Source: Priapulus caudatus (taxonomy: Eukaryota). Taken from it: 51,384 nucleotides of DNA. Positions within the stretch are counted from its first letter, which is position 1. Each line of letters starts with the position of its first letter. Below, piece by piece: positions 1 to 13,300 of this stretch. Below the pieces are notes generated by a model. That model was not told the DNA's origin. It made no database searches and worked only from the letters and a program-made list of their open reading frames with translations. Location of the stretch: NCBI RefSeq assembly GCF_000485595.1, contig NW_014577063.1, positions 1,185,987 to 1,237,370 of the forward strand, in the 5' to 3' direction. The position numbers and the translations under genes are program-made.

Positions 1-2
1 CG

Positions 3-39
<37 letters not shown>

Positions 40-1894
40 GCGTGTGTGTGTTATGCATGCGCGTGTACGTGCGTGTGTTTGTGTGTGTGTCGTATATAAA
101 AAAAGTCATTTGGGACTATATACAACGTCCGCGGATCAAGGTTCGCCGTTCGTACGATGCTAGTACTTGAATCCGGAGAAATTACGTCCGCTGAAATCAA
201 TCTCTTTTCGTAAGCATACTTCTAAACGGGGGTTCCCGTACAAGTAGGGGTACGGCTCCTGTTGCTCGCTCGCACACATTTTTCATCACGGCTCGCCAGC
301 CGGCTGGGCTTTGAACAGTGTAAGTGTTGACCGCCTCCCATCGATCCAAGAGTTTGCAAACAATTCTGTAGTGATTTCATTACGCTGCCACGCCAAGCAT
401 TTCGAGTGATTAATTTTTTAAGTATTTTCGGCGAATTTCGCGGAGCGAGGCTAGTAAGATGGAAAAAGAATAGGAAAGTGAAGGGCCGAGAACGAACGAT
501 GAAGCACGGAATGCGTTTCCCTTGATTCGCAATCACGTTGCGAATTAAAGAATACATATAAATGTAATTAGAGAAAGTACGAGAGCGAAGAAAAGTATAG
601 CGAGAAAGAGAGCGAGAGAGCGAGAGTGAAGAAAGTAAAAAGCGAAAAAATGTTAGTGTAAACATTCATGCGCGATTATTAACTTTGCTAACGTTGAATC
701 ACGGAAAAGACAACATACATGACATGCCAAGAATGAAATGAAATTAAGCGTCGAATATATCCTCTTAATTGCTTTTCCAAGCTTATATGATAAGGCACTC
801 TGCTAACGCAAAAACATTTGCTCATTCAAAGATGTAACGACAAGTGCTCGAGGAATTGCAAATTAGCAAACGTGATAAATTGCTTCTTCAATCCTGTCTG
901 CATTTTTAAGAAGGAATAATCAGTTTCTGTAATGTGAAGAACTCCCGCATGAGCGTCTGCAACTGGCTTACCCTTTTTTTCTCGAGTTTTAGATTAAACG
1001 CGGGGTCGTGTCTGTCGTAGAAAACCCGAGGACAAAATCAATTGCATAGCAGGTATGTAGTATACCGCAACCTGGCCCTGCACCCTACCCAGCATTTCAG
1101 CGGGTAATTTTTCCCAATGCTTTTTTTATACGAGCAGTTCTAAAACGTTTGCTCGTATACTAAATAAGCGCTCTGGGAGCGGCAATAATTGAGGTCGCTA
1201 TATTGTGCCTAAAATTACAATTAATCCACCCATATAGACGCGTGTTGGCAGCCTCGTGCGTGCGTGAATTGCTACAGGTTTATTGTTCCAAGCCATTCCG
1301 AAGTTGATAAAATACAGAAAGCAATTACGTTGGTGACTGTTCCGAGATGAAATATTTAACTTCGAAAGCCTTATATGATACGAAAGGCTTACGAAGGCAG
1401 ACGACGAAAACTTGAGCAGTCTTGAGAATGTTGAATGATTGATGAATAGTTATAGAGAGGATTCCACTACACAATTCCATATTACCCGTATATATGTATA
1501 AATATTAAATATTAATGCTGAACATTTACTGTTGTACATGCATTTTAAAATAACCTCCAATCTCCTTATCTTTGCTACTATATGTTGCGCGTGTCGCACG
1601 CCAGCGTTGCCCTTGGTCGATCGATACAACCAGAAGGCAGACAAATAATTTTTCCGGAACGAAGGCCAAAGCAAACTGGGCAATTAAACTCGGCGACGAC
1701 GTGGACTACAAAATGTGATTTCGGGCTAAATTTGTCGGAACCCTAGCATTTTAAGAACCTCGTTGCGCTACAAATTTGACGAAGAGACGATGGTGTCGAC
1801 ATCTCAACCTACGACGACTCCCCTCGGGCTCCGATGTAAAAACGCATGGAGATCGCATTCTCAGTCTTCCATAGCCGCGAGACTGAACTGTCTC

Positions 1895-2110
1895 ACGCGT
1901 TCAGACGCAAGCGTTCTTGACGCGTTCAGACGCAAGCGTTCTTGACGCGTTCTTGACGCCATAGCGCACAAGATCTTCCAAGTTTTCTTTCGAACACCTC
2001 GAACGAGTGCGTTGTCGATGAGGAAGAAAAAAACTCGTCGAGTGCGTTGTCGACGAAAACAAAAAATCGTCGAATGAAACGTTTTAAACAAAATCAAGCG
2101 TTGTCGAAAG
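1895..2110. repeat. Short tandem repeats: 25-bp unit ACGCGTTCAGACGCAAGCGTTCTTG (x2.5) followed by three GCGTTGTCGA-containing repeats
   Basis: Directly visible at 1895-1959 and at ~2009, ~2044, ~2098. Confidence 0.85.
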
Positions 2111-3794
2111 TGCATGCCCGGCGCTTCGCAGTGGCCTTTTATATTCAGAAATTCTACAAGGACTTCTTGGTGGGTAGCATGCGACACTTAAAGCGACATG
2201 TAATTGCGTTACTGCGGCCCAGGAAACTCATTGAGTTCCGCTTATCTAATACAATACGTGATATAAACCCCGAAGGGAATGCGGTACTGACAATAATAAT
2301 ATCTTCCTGCAAGCTTTCGGAGTGCATGAGGTCATTGGTAGTCACGATGAAAGCTTGGCTGCAAGCGAGCAAGACTCGATGGGAGGAGTACGCCTGGTTC
2401 CCTTCGTGACGTCAGATACATCGTGACGTAGCTACCGCCAGCGTGAGTTTAAAAGTTCGCGAATGTTTGCAGTGAAACTGCACGCGAACGTTTATAAAAT
2501 TTTTGAGTTATCATAGTCGTAAGTGTTTACGATGTTACTGACAAAGGGCCGGACCCCTGGTTTCCGCGACGTCAGCCAATGTGGCACAACGACCTGCCAG
2601 ACGAATGTTACTTAGCCGATTCTACGTGCTATAGTGACTCGGCAGGCAGAAGATAATGTTTCCCGTACGTGTTATGATTTCCTGTACCTTATAACAGCTA
2701 TCCCTAACCCTAATTATAGCAGTATGTCTAGACTAACCATGGCTCTTATGATGACTCTAATTATGTCCCTGACCCTAACCATAACACTAACACTGACCGC
2801 GTAAGGTCAATGCAATGGCTCTCAGTTATCACCAGTGTCCACCGATCTAGTACGATTTGATATTTCAAAATTGTTCGACCGAGGCGACAAAATGAAAGAC
2901 GTGCCTGATACGAGTGGGTGATATGCCAAAGTTCGTGCAACTCGGCTATAAACAAGCTCAGCGTAACATAGTAAACCGTATAGCCGGTGGTCATAAAAAT
3001 TCTGAAACATTTTCAAAGGTCATATTGACGAACATTCGCCAACGTGTATTTGTCTTGAGCAGATTGTAGGTCTAAATAAAAAGTTATTAAAATTAAATTT
3101 AGTCCATCTCATCAAAGATATTTATGCAAATATTTACTTAGTTTCTTCTCGCGCGATACAAGTGCAATCGAAAGGCAATTAGAGAAATTCATTTTTACAA
3201 GATTATTACATTACACAGAATAATATACATAATGCTTCACGGGAAACTAATGCCTTCTCAGAATATGCAGATCGGATTGCTACACTTGCAATTTTTGAAT
3301 ACAGATAGTATCAGGCTTTTGCTAGGCTGCATGATCTCCATGGTAAGATGACATTATATTGATATAGGATATAACAAGTTAGCATATACGAACTAGTTTC
3401 GAGCGCTTCGTCGGTTCAATTATTGACGATGATGTGTTGATGATTGTTTAATGTATTTACTCGGGGCGGTCAGTCGCGAAGCGTGTTTCTTCGTTCTCCC
3501 ATTTCCAATTCCCAATCCCAAGTTTTCCTGCGCAAAAACGACCAGGAACCAGTCTAACCAGTACGTGCCGCAATATCCCTAGATTTTAATTGCATTTAAA
3601 TGTCTATAGTTTTTTATAATTTCAACAAAAAGGTTCCCGACTGTTTAATGCCACTGGGCCGCTGGCTCCCACGCCGTTTCCTTCGGAAGTAGAATTTCTA
3701 ATTTAGTCATGTGCGGATTCCCTAATGATATAGGTTTTTCTTTCTCGCTCATGCCAACAGATATTTTGCCCATACTAATAATCTTATATCAGTA

Positions 3795-3822
3795 CTAGCG
3801 GGATACCCGGCGTTGCCCGGGG
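3795..3822 (-). mobile_element. Helitron 3' terminus (GC-rich hairpin + CTAG|T)
   Basis: Minus strand reads CCCGG-GCAACG-CCGGG TATCCCG CTAG|T: a 16-nt hairpin (3806-3821) 7 nt upstream of the terminal CTAG (3795-3798), followed by T. This is the canonical Helitron 3' signature. Confidence 0.8.
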
Positions 3823-3885
3823 AAATCAGTGGCGTTACTCAGTTGGTGACGCTTGGTTAAAAGGAAAATACCCCCCAAAATCGAA

Positions 3886-4219
3886 CTATCTATCTATGTA
3901 TGCATCCATCCATGCATCCATCCATCCATCCCATTCCATGCCATTCCATCCCATCCCATCGCACCGCATCCCATCCCATCCCATCCCATATCCCATCCCA
4001 TCGCATCCCATCGCATCCCATCTCATCGCATCCCATGCCATCCCATGACATGCCATGCCATGCCATGCCATGCCATGCCATCCCATCCCATCCCATCCCA
4101 TGCCATGCCATGCCATGCCATGCCATCCCATCCCGTCGCACCGCACCGCACCGCATCCCATCCCTTCCCATGCCATCCCATGCCATGCCATGTCATGCCA
4201 TGCCATGCCATCCCATCCA
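3886..4219. repeat. Pentamer satellite (CCATC/GCCAT/CGCAT)n
   Basis: Directly visible; explains the MAWHG/HPIPS pseudo-ORFs. Confidence 0.97.
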
Positions 4220-5049
4220 TTAGGCGCGTGAGTGGAATTACAAATCGCCGCTAGGTGCTCGTGACTAGCTCTAGGATATTACAAACACATCGAGTAAAAA
4301 CACATCGCGACGGCAAGGCTGATAGTTTCCACACGCTACTCATATAATCGGCCTTTCTTCGCTGTCATTGGGCTGCACGATAAATATTGACTATCAACCA
4401 TATCGCGATTCGCACGGCAATTACGAACAATTTCTCGTCGACGCGCGAATGTAGGAACTATCGCATTACGACAGTTTCGTATTCGCTTAATAGTGACAAA
4501 TTACAGGTGGCTTCATCATCGTGTTCATTGGAAAAATGTTAATGTCGGTGATTGCGATTGTATGTTAATGACCGTGCCGCAATTACAGCTACGGGCTGCC
4601 GTCTCTGATTCATGCTTAAGCCATGTCTTTGCAATGTTGCAATTGCATGTTTCTACAATGTTTGTCGCTATCGTCTGCCGATTGGAGAGCGCGGCGAAAA
4701 CATGGTGCTAATTTTGTCGAGTGTAACTGAAACGCCTCGGCGAAAATTGGCAGGTTATTTGTTTCACGCAATTAACGTGATTTACAGGTGGGTGGCGAGA
4801 CGCGCGAATTTACTTTCCGCGCGTTGCTTTTATTCGCACACGACGTATAGGATTACGTGCAAAATCTAGTTGTTGACAGTAAGCGAAATGGAACGACCAT
4901 GCATGGTCTGCGGCCGCTGCACTGTCGGTGACAAAGAGCCACAGTGACCGCGCATATTTGTAGCTCAAACTATGCAGGGACGCATTTAAATCTATATAGG
5001 CAATAGGCAATCTGTTCAGTCGTTCCTGTACTCTTCCTTCCCTCATTTA

Positions 5050-5325
5050 TTCATCCATCATTCTATCCATCCACCCTTCCATGAATCGATCTATTAATTA
5101 TTGCATGCATGCATTTATCTATTTATCCGTTCATCCATTCGTCCATTCATCCATCCATCCATCCATCCAACCATCCATCCATCCATCCATCCATCCATCC
5201 ATCCATCCATCCATCCATCCATCCATCCATCCATCCATCCATCCATCCATCCATCCATCCATCCATCCATCCATCCATCCATCCATCCATCCCTCAATCA
5301 ATCCACCCATCCATCCATCCATCTA
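5050..5325. repeat. (ATCC)n microsatellite
   Basis: Near-perfect array ~5147-5292 with degenerate flanks. Confidence 0.98.
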
Positions 5326-5963
5326 TCATATGCCACGCCATTAGTGGCAATGTTTGCCTAAAACACAATGAGCTAAATATGCGAAGCCTAATAACTAAAA
5401 TGTCAGAAAACTCTGGCGCACTTCAACTTCACTTCGAACGAACGCCATTGTATCATTCTACGCGGACCGGGTGTTTGCGAAGAGTTAACAAATCACCCAC
5501 ACTGGGGCTCCTCGTGTAAAATGCCATGTTTTAATAAGTGCTGCTCTCGCATTGCGAGATGAAAGCTGCAGGGCGCTCAATGGAACGTCGTCGTGGCTGC
5601 AAGTAACTCATTTCCTAGTTTGCTGTTCAGAGCAGATGCGTAATCAACGAGCTCCCATTAATCTACGGCTTACATCAAGTGTAAAATTGTCGGCTGTTAT
5701 CCATGGCTGGTCATTCTATGGTTGCCGGACGCGGCACAGCACGAGGTTTAAGGAGGAAGCACTTTTGAAGCCGTGCATGCCACGCGCGTCTCTCTGTTTC
5801 CCATGGGTTAGGAGATAACTGCTGCAACCAGCGCATATAGACGCCGGGGCAGGTGCTCTACTGATAAATTCGAAGTTATATTCAATTTAATGACTCCCGA
5901 CTGGTTCGACATTCTTTTATTCTTCCCTTTCTCTTTCTTTCCTCCTCTCTCTCTTTCTCTCTC

Positions 5964-5996
<33 letters not shown>

Positions 5997-6356
5997 GCTC
6001 TCTGTGTGTCTCATCGCCGCTCTATCGCTCTGTTTTGCTCTCTCTGTCTCTCGCAGGCTCTGTCTCACTCTCTCATTGTGTGTGTTTATGTGAGTTTAGG
6101 AGAATCATTGACGCCGGGGCCGCACGAAGTCGCTTACAAACCGAATTGTTTTCTAAAAACATTTAAATTCTTTTCTGCTCTTTTATGCGCGCTATGGTGA
6201 TTCATGCTTGGATGCGTTCATATTTTATGAACACCATTATCTGGCAGTAGGCTATCCGTTTGTTATAACGATGAGCACACCTGCCTTCCTCCTCTTTATG
6301 TGTATGTGTGTCTTCTCAGTAATTCTTTTTCTTTTGCACCGATGCACTCTGGCTAA

Positions 6357-6501
6357 AGCTAGGGTTACACTAGCGATTTTTTGTCTTTGAAAATCTTTGA
6401 AGTAAAATATTTCAACATCTTTTTGTAAAGATTTTTCAATTTCGTATCAAGAAATCTTTCTGCAACATCTGTTCACACTATAGACTTTTGTCTTTGAAAA
6501 T
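6357..6501. mobile_element. PIF/Harbinger-like transposon end with subterminal repeat
   Basis: TAA (6354-6356) precedes AGCTAGGGTTACACTAG. The motif GTT(C)ACACTA...TTTTGTCTTTGAAAAT occurs at 6364-6394 and again at 6471-6501. A TAA/TTA target and GTT(T/C)ACAC-type termini are typical of animal Harbingers, and the end lies next to a MADF fragment. The partner TIR was not found. Confidence 0.55.
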
Positions 6502-6589
6502 TAATGAAAGTTGGTGATAGACCAGTCGCACTATCTGGACATCATATAACATAATATAATCACTGTCTGGATATAATATTAGCGGTAAA

Positions 6590-6736
6590 TTATGAGGTCA
6601 TAATGGCCATCTTATATGCTGTGCTATGCCGTGATATGCTGATGTGATTTCGATATTCTCTGGTGTCTACACGCCACAAACAATCGTTCTTTTCGACTAA
6701 CTCAATCAGCTGTTCTGTTTTATCGGCGGGCGCCAT
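6590..6736 (-). pseudogene. Truncated MADF (Myb/SANT-like) DNA-binding domain protein, probably a Harbinger ORF remnant
   Basis: ATG in CAAAATGGCG context at 6736. MAPADKTEQLIELVEKNDCLWRVDTREYRN matches the MADF N-terminal pattern LIELV..(x)CLW.....Y(R/K)N. Similarity stops at ~6644 and the frame ends at 6590, so the domain is incomplete. Confidence 0.75.
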
Positions 6737-7399
6737 TTTGTGTATCATGTGCTGCGAAGACAGAGATGACGCGAAACTATTTACGCGTAGGAACTGTCCA
6801 ATCAGCGCGCAGCGCTTATACGATTTCATGACAAAGTGTCGGACAAAATCGGGCAATTAAAAAATAAAGGGCTCCATTACCGTATTAAAAGCTCTGTTAT
6901 TTCAGTAATAAACTTAAAAACATTTTTCTCGTGGAGCGTAGCAAAAGTCAACACAATCAGGCGCCTAAATATATTCTGTGTACATGATAGGTACGGCTAC
7001 ATTACGGAGTAGGTATCGGTAGAATGTTTATTACCTTGATGAAGCAAATTGAATCAGTTTAATCACAGTAAAGCCGTTGTGAACATCGAAAATACCATAT
7101 GCCGCCATGATCATTCTCCATAGAAAAACGTACTTTGATGCAATGTCACTATAGGCCTAATTAAACGATTAACTGTAAGAAAAAAGTTACTTTTAAAAAT
7201 TACTGAGAATTGAATGCATATGCTCGCATAGTTAACAATTTAGATAATACGATCTGCATCGTATGTTCAGCGCATTAGGCGCTAATAAAGATTACTGCTC
7301 TTCGTAACCTACTTAGCTCATGGAAGCGTAAGACGGCGTACGCTGTTTCTCATGGGATCGTTCGAACTTGCCTTAGAAATGACTATACTCCCTAGGGCT

Positions 7400-7431
<32 letters not shown>

Positions 7432-7569
7432 ACACACACACACACCCACACAAGTATATATATATATATATATAATATATAACCGTATAATATAGTGATA
7501 TATGATTTATCAAGAGCTAGAAATTAATTTTAATGTACAATGGCATATATAATACATGATATATAAAAT

Positions 7570-8890
7570 AGAATGAATAAATGGTAATGGATGGATGCGC
7601 CATGGATGGATGAATGAGATGGATGGATGGAGGAAATGGATGATGGATGGTATGGATGGGCATGGATGGTATGGATAGGTATGGATGGATGGATGGATGG
7701 TCATGGAGGATGGATAGTATAGATTGGAAGGATGGTAGTATCGGATGGCATGGAGATGATGGATGGCATGGATGGATCGGTATGGATGATGCGAATGGGA
7801 AATGGATGGATGGATGATGGCATGGATGGATGGTATGGAGGAAATGATGGATGGATGGATGGATGGATGGTCACATGGCATGGATTGTGGTATGAGAGGG
7901 ATAGGTGGATTGGATGGATGGACCATGGATGGATGGTTCATGGATGGTTATGCGATGGAATGGATGGCTTGATATTTGGATGGAATGGGATGGTCATGGC
8001 ATGGAATGGTAATGGATGATCATGGTATGGGTGGATGGATGGATGATGGATGGATGGATGGAATGGCAATGATGATGGTGGATGGTGATGGATGGAAATG
8101 GATGGAGGCAGTGGATGGATGGGATGGTATGGATGGATGGTGGCTGGTGGATGGAATGGATGATAGGATGGATGGAAATGGATGGATGGTAATGAATGGA
8201 TGATGGATGGGTGGAATGGATGGGATGGATGGATGGATGGATGGATGGATGATGGGATGGATGGAATTGGTATGGATGATGGCATGGATGGAATGGATAT
8301 GGAATGGATGGATGGATGGCGATGGGATGGTGGTCATGGATGGATGGTAGATTGATGATGGATGGATGGATGGATAGAATGGATGAATGGATGGATGGAT
8401 AGGATGGTGATGGGATGGATGGATAGGATGATGCATGGATGCTTGATGGATGGGAATGGATGGATGGATGGCATGATGGATGCGATGGGAATGGTATGGA
8501 TGATGGCATGGATGAATGGACATGATGGAATGGATGGATGGATGGATGCGATGGATAGCATGGATGAGATGGATGGAATGGCTGATGGAATGGATGGTAG
8601 GATGAAATGGATCGGATGGATGGTATGGATGGAATGGATGGATGGATGAGATGGGGATGGATGGATGGTATGGATGGGCTGGCATGGAATGGATGGGCTG
8701 GATGGATGGATGATGGATTGGATTGGAATGATAGACTGATAGATGATGGATGAAATGGCTGGATGGATGGATGATAATATGAGATGGATGGAGGATGGGG
8801 ATGGATGGTTTGGTATAAATGGGTTGAAATGGATGGATAAATGGTTGGATGGATGGGTGGGTAGATGTAAGGAATGATAGATGTATGGAT
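7570..8890. repeat. Long degenerate (GGAT)n/(GGATG)n satellite, ~1.3 kb
   Basis: Directly visible. Irregular indels suggest low-quality consensus. Opposite orientation to the ATCC arrays at 3.9-5.3 kb. Confidence 0.97.
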
Positions 8891-9533
8891 GAATACAATG
8901 TTCGGCCGCCATCAACGCGACAATGCAATCAACGCCACTAAATTCGATTTGGGCACACTAGCTTAATAGCCTATTTCATATAGCTAATTCGAACTGAAAT
9001 GACATTTGTTGGTGCATCTGTAATCCGCCATGATTGTATAGGCACGGAGTGGTGTTTCAGTACGTCTGTATACAGAGACTCTTATTAATACAGATGTGTA
9101 ACATAAAACGCTGTCACAAACGATTGTTGCCAATATACGTTCTCTTCTAACGAATTAGAATTACCAGGTATATTCTCCTAGCGTATAATACCCCATAGAT
9201 CTGCCAAATATCGTCCGCATGTGTATAGAGCACGCCATTGTATTGATAAATTCGTTTCTACTTGCGCGCAGAAGTATTATATATGCATTGCTGCTACCCT
9301 TGCTGATTCGCATTCAGTTCAAACGTAAGCGATAGCGCCTGGTATTTTTTCTGAACGCGTCGCACAGATGAAAGCTCACGCACACAGAAGTACAAACAAA
9401 GGGCATAAAGAGAAAAAAAGTCTTGGGTCGTTGTCTTGTTGTTCGGCAAGCAGCGTGCGATATTATTTGTCGGGGTGTCCGTTGCAAGCGTATGCTCTCT
9501 CTCTCTTTTCTCTCTCTTCTCTCTCTCTCTCTT

Positions 9534-9582
<49 letters not shown>

Positions 9583-10309
9583 CTGCAATCCTTCTCTCTA
9601 GTGTATAAGAGTAAGTGTTGGTTATTTTCGTAGTCCTCATGCGTGTGCGAGAGATGAAACATCACCCCCACAGTCCGCTATCGCGTGTCTTGATTGTTTT
9701 TCACATATATCTTTCAATTTTTTTTCGTTTCGCCCCATTTTTGATTTGCGAGCACAATCTCCAAGACGGAGCTTCGCCTCATTAACGTTATTAAAGCTGC
9801 GGGCTGCGCAAGCTCGCAAATGCTTTTTTATCATATTTTTTCGGATGGTTACTTATATGCAAACCGACAGAAGATGACCGATAGGCCTATATATATAATA
9901 TATGATTATATTATTATATATATAATTAATATAATTCATACAAGCTGCATATGAGATTTAGGTGTGTTATAAGCGATTACATTCGCGAAAGGCATTTCAA
10001 ATATGAGCAAACGCATTAAATTACACGCGTTTGTTTCGTAGCACTGTAGTTATGCGGTTCACGCCAAAAATCAATAATATACAAAGGTTCGACTTGTCGC
10101 GTGCGTGTATGCTGTGTGTACAGTTGCGGGCAGTACGTGGTGCGTTGCCGCGTGTTGGCGTGCGCGTGCTCGTTGCAGCGTGTGACGAACTTTGCGGCAC
10201 TGATGTCATGTAGGTGCCAAGTTGTGTGTTTGTGTGTGTGTGTGTGTGTGTATGTGTGTGTTGTGTGTGTCGCTGTGTGTGTGTGTGGTGTGTGACAGTG
10301 TGTGTGCGT

Positions 10310-13300
10310 AGGCGTGCGTGCGTGGCGACGTTGTGAGTGCGTGCGCGTTGCGCTGCTGTTTTGCGGCTGCGTGCGCTGCGCCGCGGTGTTGTGTGTTATG
10401 CATAGCGCGTGTACTCGTGCGTGTGTTTTGTGTGCGTGCTGTATATAAAAAAAGTCATTTTGGGAGCTAATTACACGTCCCGCGGTTAGGTTCCGCCGTG
10501 GTCGCTACTTTGCTTTAGTATTGAATCCGAGAGGAAAATTAAGTACCGCTGAAATCATCGGCTTTTCGTAGCCATACTTCTCGGGGTTCCCGCTACAAGT
10601 AGGGGTACGGTTCCTGGTTGCTCGCTTCGCAACATTTTCATCACGGGACGTCCAGCGCGGCTCGGCTTTGAACAGTGTCAAGTGTTAGACTCGCCTAACA
10701 TAGATCAAGAGTTTGCAAACAATTTGGTAGTGATGTTCATTACGCTTGCCACGCCAAGGCATTTCGAGTGGATTAATTTTTAAAGTATTTCTGGCGAACT
10801 TTCGCGGAGCGGGCTAGTAAGATGGAAAAGAATTTAGGAAGGTGAAGGACCCGAGAACGAACGATGAAGCACAGGAATGGTTTCCTTGATCGCTCACGTT
10901 GCGAAATTAAAGGAATACATATTAAAATGTAATTAGAGAAGAGTACCTGAGAAGCGAAGAAAAGTATAGCAGAGAAAGAGAGCGAGAGATCGCAGAGTGG
11001 AAGAAGTAAAAAAGCCGAAAAAATGTTATAGTGTAAACATTCATGCGCATTTTAACTTTGCTAACGTTGAATCACAACGGGAAAAGACAAATACATGACA
11101 TGCCAATGAATGAAAATGACAATTAAGCGTCGAATATATACTACTTAATTTTGCTTTTTCAAGCTTTATATGATAGGCCACTCCTTGCTAACGCAAAAAG
11201 CATGTGTCATTCAAAGACTGCTAACAGAACAAGGGCTCGAGGAATTGCAAATTAGCAAACCGTTGACTAAATTGCTTCTTCAATCCTGCTCTGCATTTTT
11301 AAGAAAGGAAATAATCAGTTTCTAGTATGTGAAGACTCCCGCATAGCGTCTGAACTGGCTTTACCCTTTTTTCTTCGAGTTTAGATTCAACGCGGGGTCG
11401 TGTCTCTCGTAGAAAACCGAGGACAAAATCAATTGCATAGCAGAGTAATGTGTATACCGCACCTGCGCCCTGCACCTACCAGTATTAGTTCAGCGAACGG
11501 TAATTTTCCAATGCTTTTTTTTATACGAGCAGTTCTAAAACGTTTGCTAGATATACTAAATAAAGAGATGGAGCCGGCAATAATTGAGGTCCTATATTGT
11601 GCCTAAAATTACAATTAATCAACCATATAGACGCAGTGTTGCAGCCTTCCGTGAGATCCGTGCGTAATTGCTACAGGTCTTATTGTTCAAGCGCATTCCG
11701 AAGTGTGATAAAATACCAGAAGCAATTACGTTGCGTGAACTGGTTCGAGGATGAAAATATTTAACTTCGAAGCTTATATGATAGAAAGGCTTTACGAGGC
11801 AGACGAGCGAAACTTGAGTCAGTCTTTTGAGAATAGTTGACATGTTGATGATAGTTATTAGAGAGGATTCACTACACAATTCCAGTATTACCGTATATAT
11901 GTATAAATATTAAATATTATGCTGAACTTTACTGTTGTACATTGATTTTTAAATAACTCCAATCTACCTTATCTTTGCTATTATGTGCGCGTTGTCGGCA
12001 CCGCCAGCGTTGCCCTTTGTCGATCGATACCACCAGAAGGAGAAAAATAATTTTCACGGGAACGAAGGCCAAAGCAAACTTGGCAATTAAGATCAAAATC
12101 GGCGACGACGTTGGATTTAGCAAATGTTTGATTTCCGGGCTAAATTTGTCGGAAACACCTAGCTTTATAAAACCTCGTTTGCGCTACAATTTGGCGAAGA
12201 GACGATGGTGTCGACATCTCAACCTAGCGACGACTCCCTCGAGGCTCCGATCGTTGAAACGCAATTCGGAGATCGCATTATCAGTCTTCTAGCGACGAGG
12301 ACTGAACTGTCTCACGCGTTCAGTACGCAGCGTTCTTGACGCCGTTCAGACTGCAAGCGTTCTTTGGAGGCGTTCTTGACGCATAGCGCAAAGATCTTCA
12401 GTTTCTTTTCGAAAACTCGAACTGGTTGGCGGTTGTCGATGAGGAAGAAAAAATTGTCGAGTGCTGTGACGAAAACAAAAATCGTCGAATGAAACGTTTT
12501 AACAAAATCAAGCTTTGTCGGAAGTGGCATGCCGCAGGCGATTCGCAGTGGCCTTTATTATATTCAGAAATTCTAAGCAAGGACTTCTTGGTGCGGTAGA
12601 TGCGACACTTAAAGCGACATGTACATTACGTTACTGCGGCCAGGAAACTCATTGAGTTCCGCTGTATTAATACATATACGTGATATAACGCGAAGGAATG
12701 CGGTTAATCGACAATAATATATCTTCTGCAGCTTTCGCCGAGTGCCATGAGGTCATTCGGTAGTTCATCGATGAAAGCTGGCTGCAAGCGAGCAAGACTT
12801 CGTGGGGGAGTACGCCTGGTTTCCTTCGCTGACGTCAGATACATCGTGAGTAGACTACCGCCGCGTGAGTTAAAAGTTCGCGAATGTTTGCCGTGAAATG
12901 CACTGCGAAACGTTTTATGAAATTTGTTGGTTCATGCGATAGTGTAAGTGTTTACGATGTTACTGGAAAAGGGCCGGACCCCTGGTTTCCGCGAGCGGTC
13001 AGCGCAATGTTGGCAAAACGACCTGCCAGAACGGATGTTACATTAGCCGTTCTAGCGTGCATTATAGTGATCGGAACGAGCAGAAGTAATGTTCCCCTTA
13101 GGTGTTATGAATTTACCTGTACCTTATAACAGCGTATCTCCTAACGACCTAATTATAGCGTATGGTCATATGACATAACCATTGGTTTATCGATTAGGAC
13201 TCTAAATTACGCATGTCCCTGCACCCTAACAATAACATAACATGACCGCGTAAGGTATGCAATGGCTCTCAATTAGTCACAGTGTCCGACCGGATTGTAC

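Larger units (their letters stand above)
1..4219 (+). repeat. Duplicated block A, copy 1 (clean); copy 2 at ~10310-14700
   Basis: Colinear anchors: gtatataaaaaaagtcattt at 92 and 10441; gggccggacccctggtttccgcg at ~2546 and ~12971; ccccaaaatcga at ~3873 and ~14369. Confidence 0.97.

Noticed and set aside
222..665. 147-aa minus-strand ORF
   Set aside because: Begins in a low-complexity purine tract and has no recognisable motifs.
5050..8890. ATCC array and GGAT array as giant inverted repeats of a foldback element
   Set aside because: Only simple-repeat complementarity; the unique flanks do not match convincingly and there is no TSD.
3853..8928. Long ORFs of HPSI/MDGW/MAWHG type (up to 302 aa)
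   Set aside because: Translations of ATCC/CCATC satellites; open on both strands with no sequence complexity.
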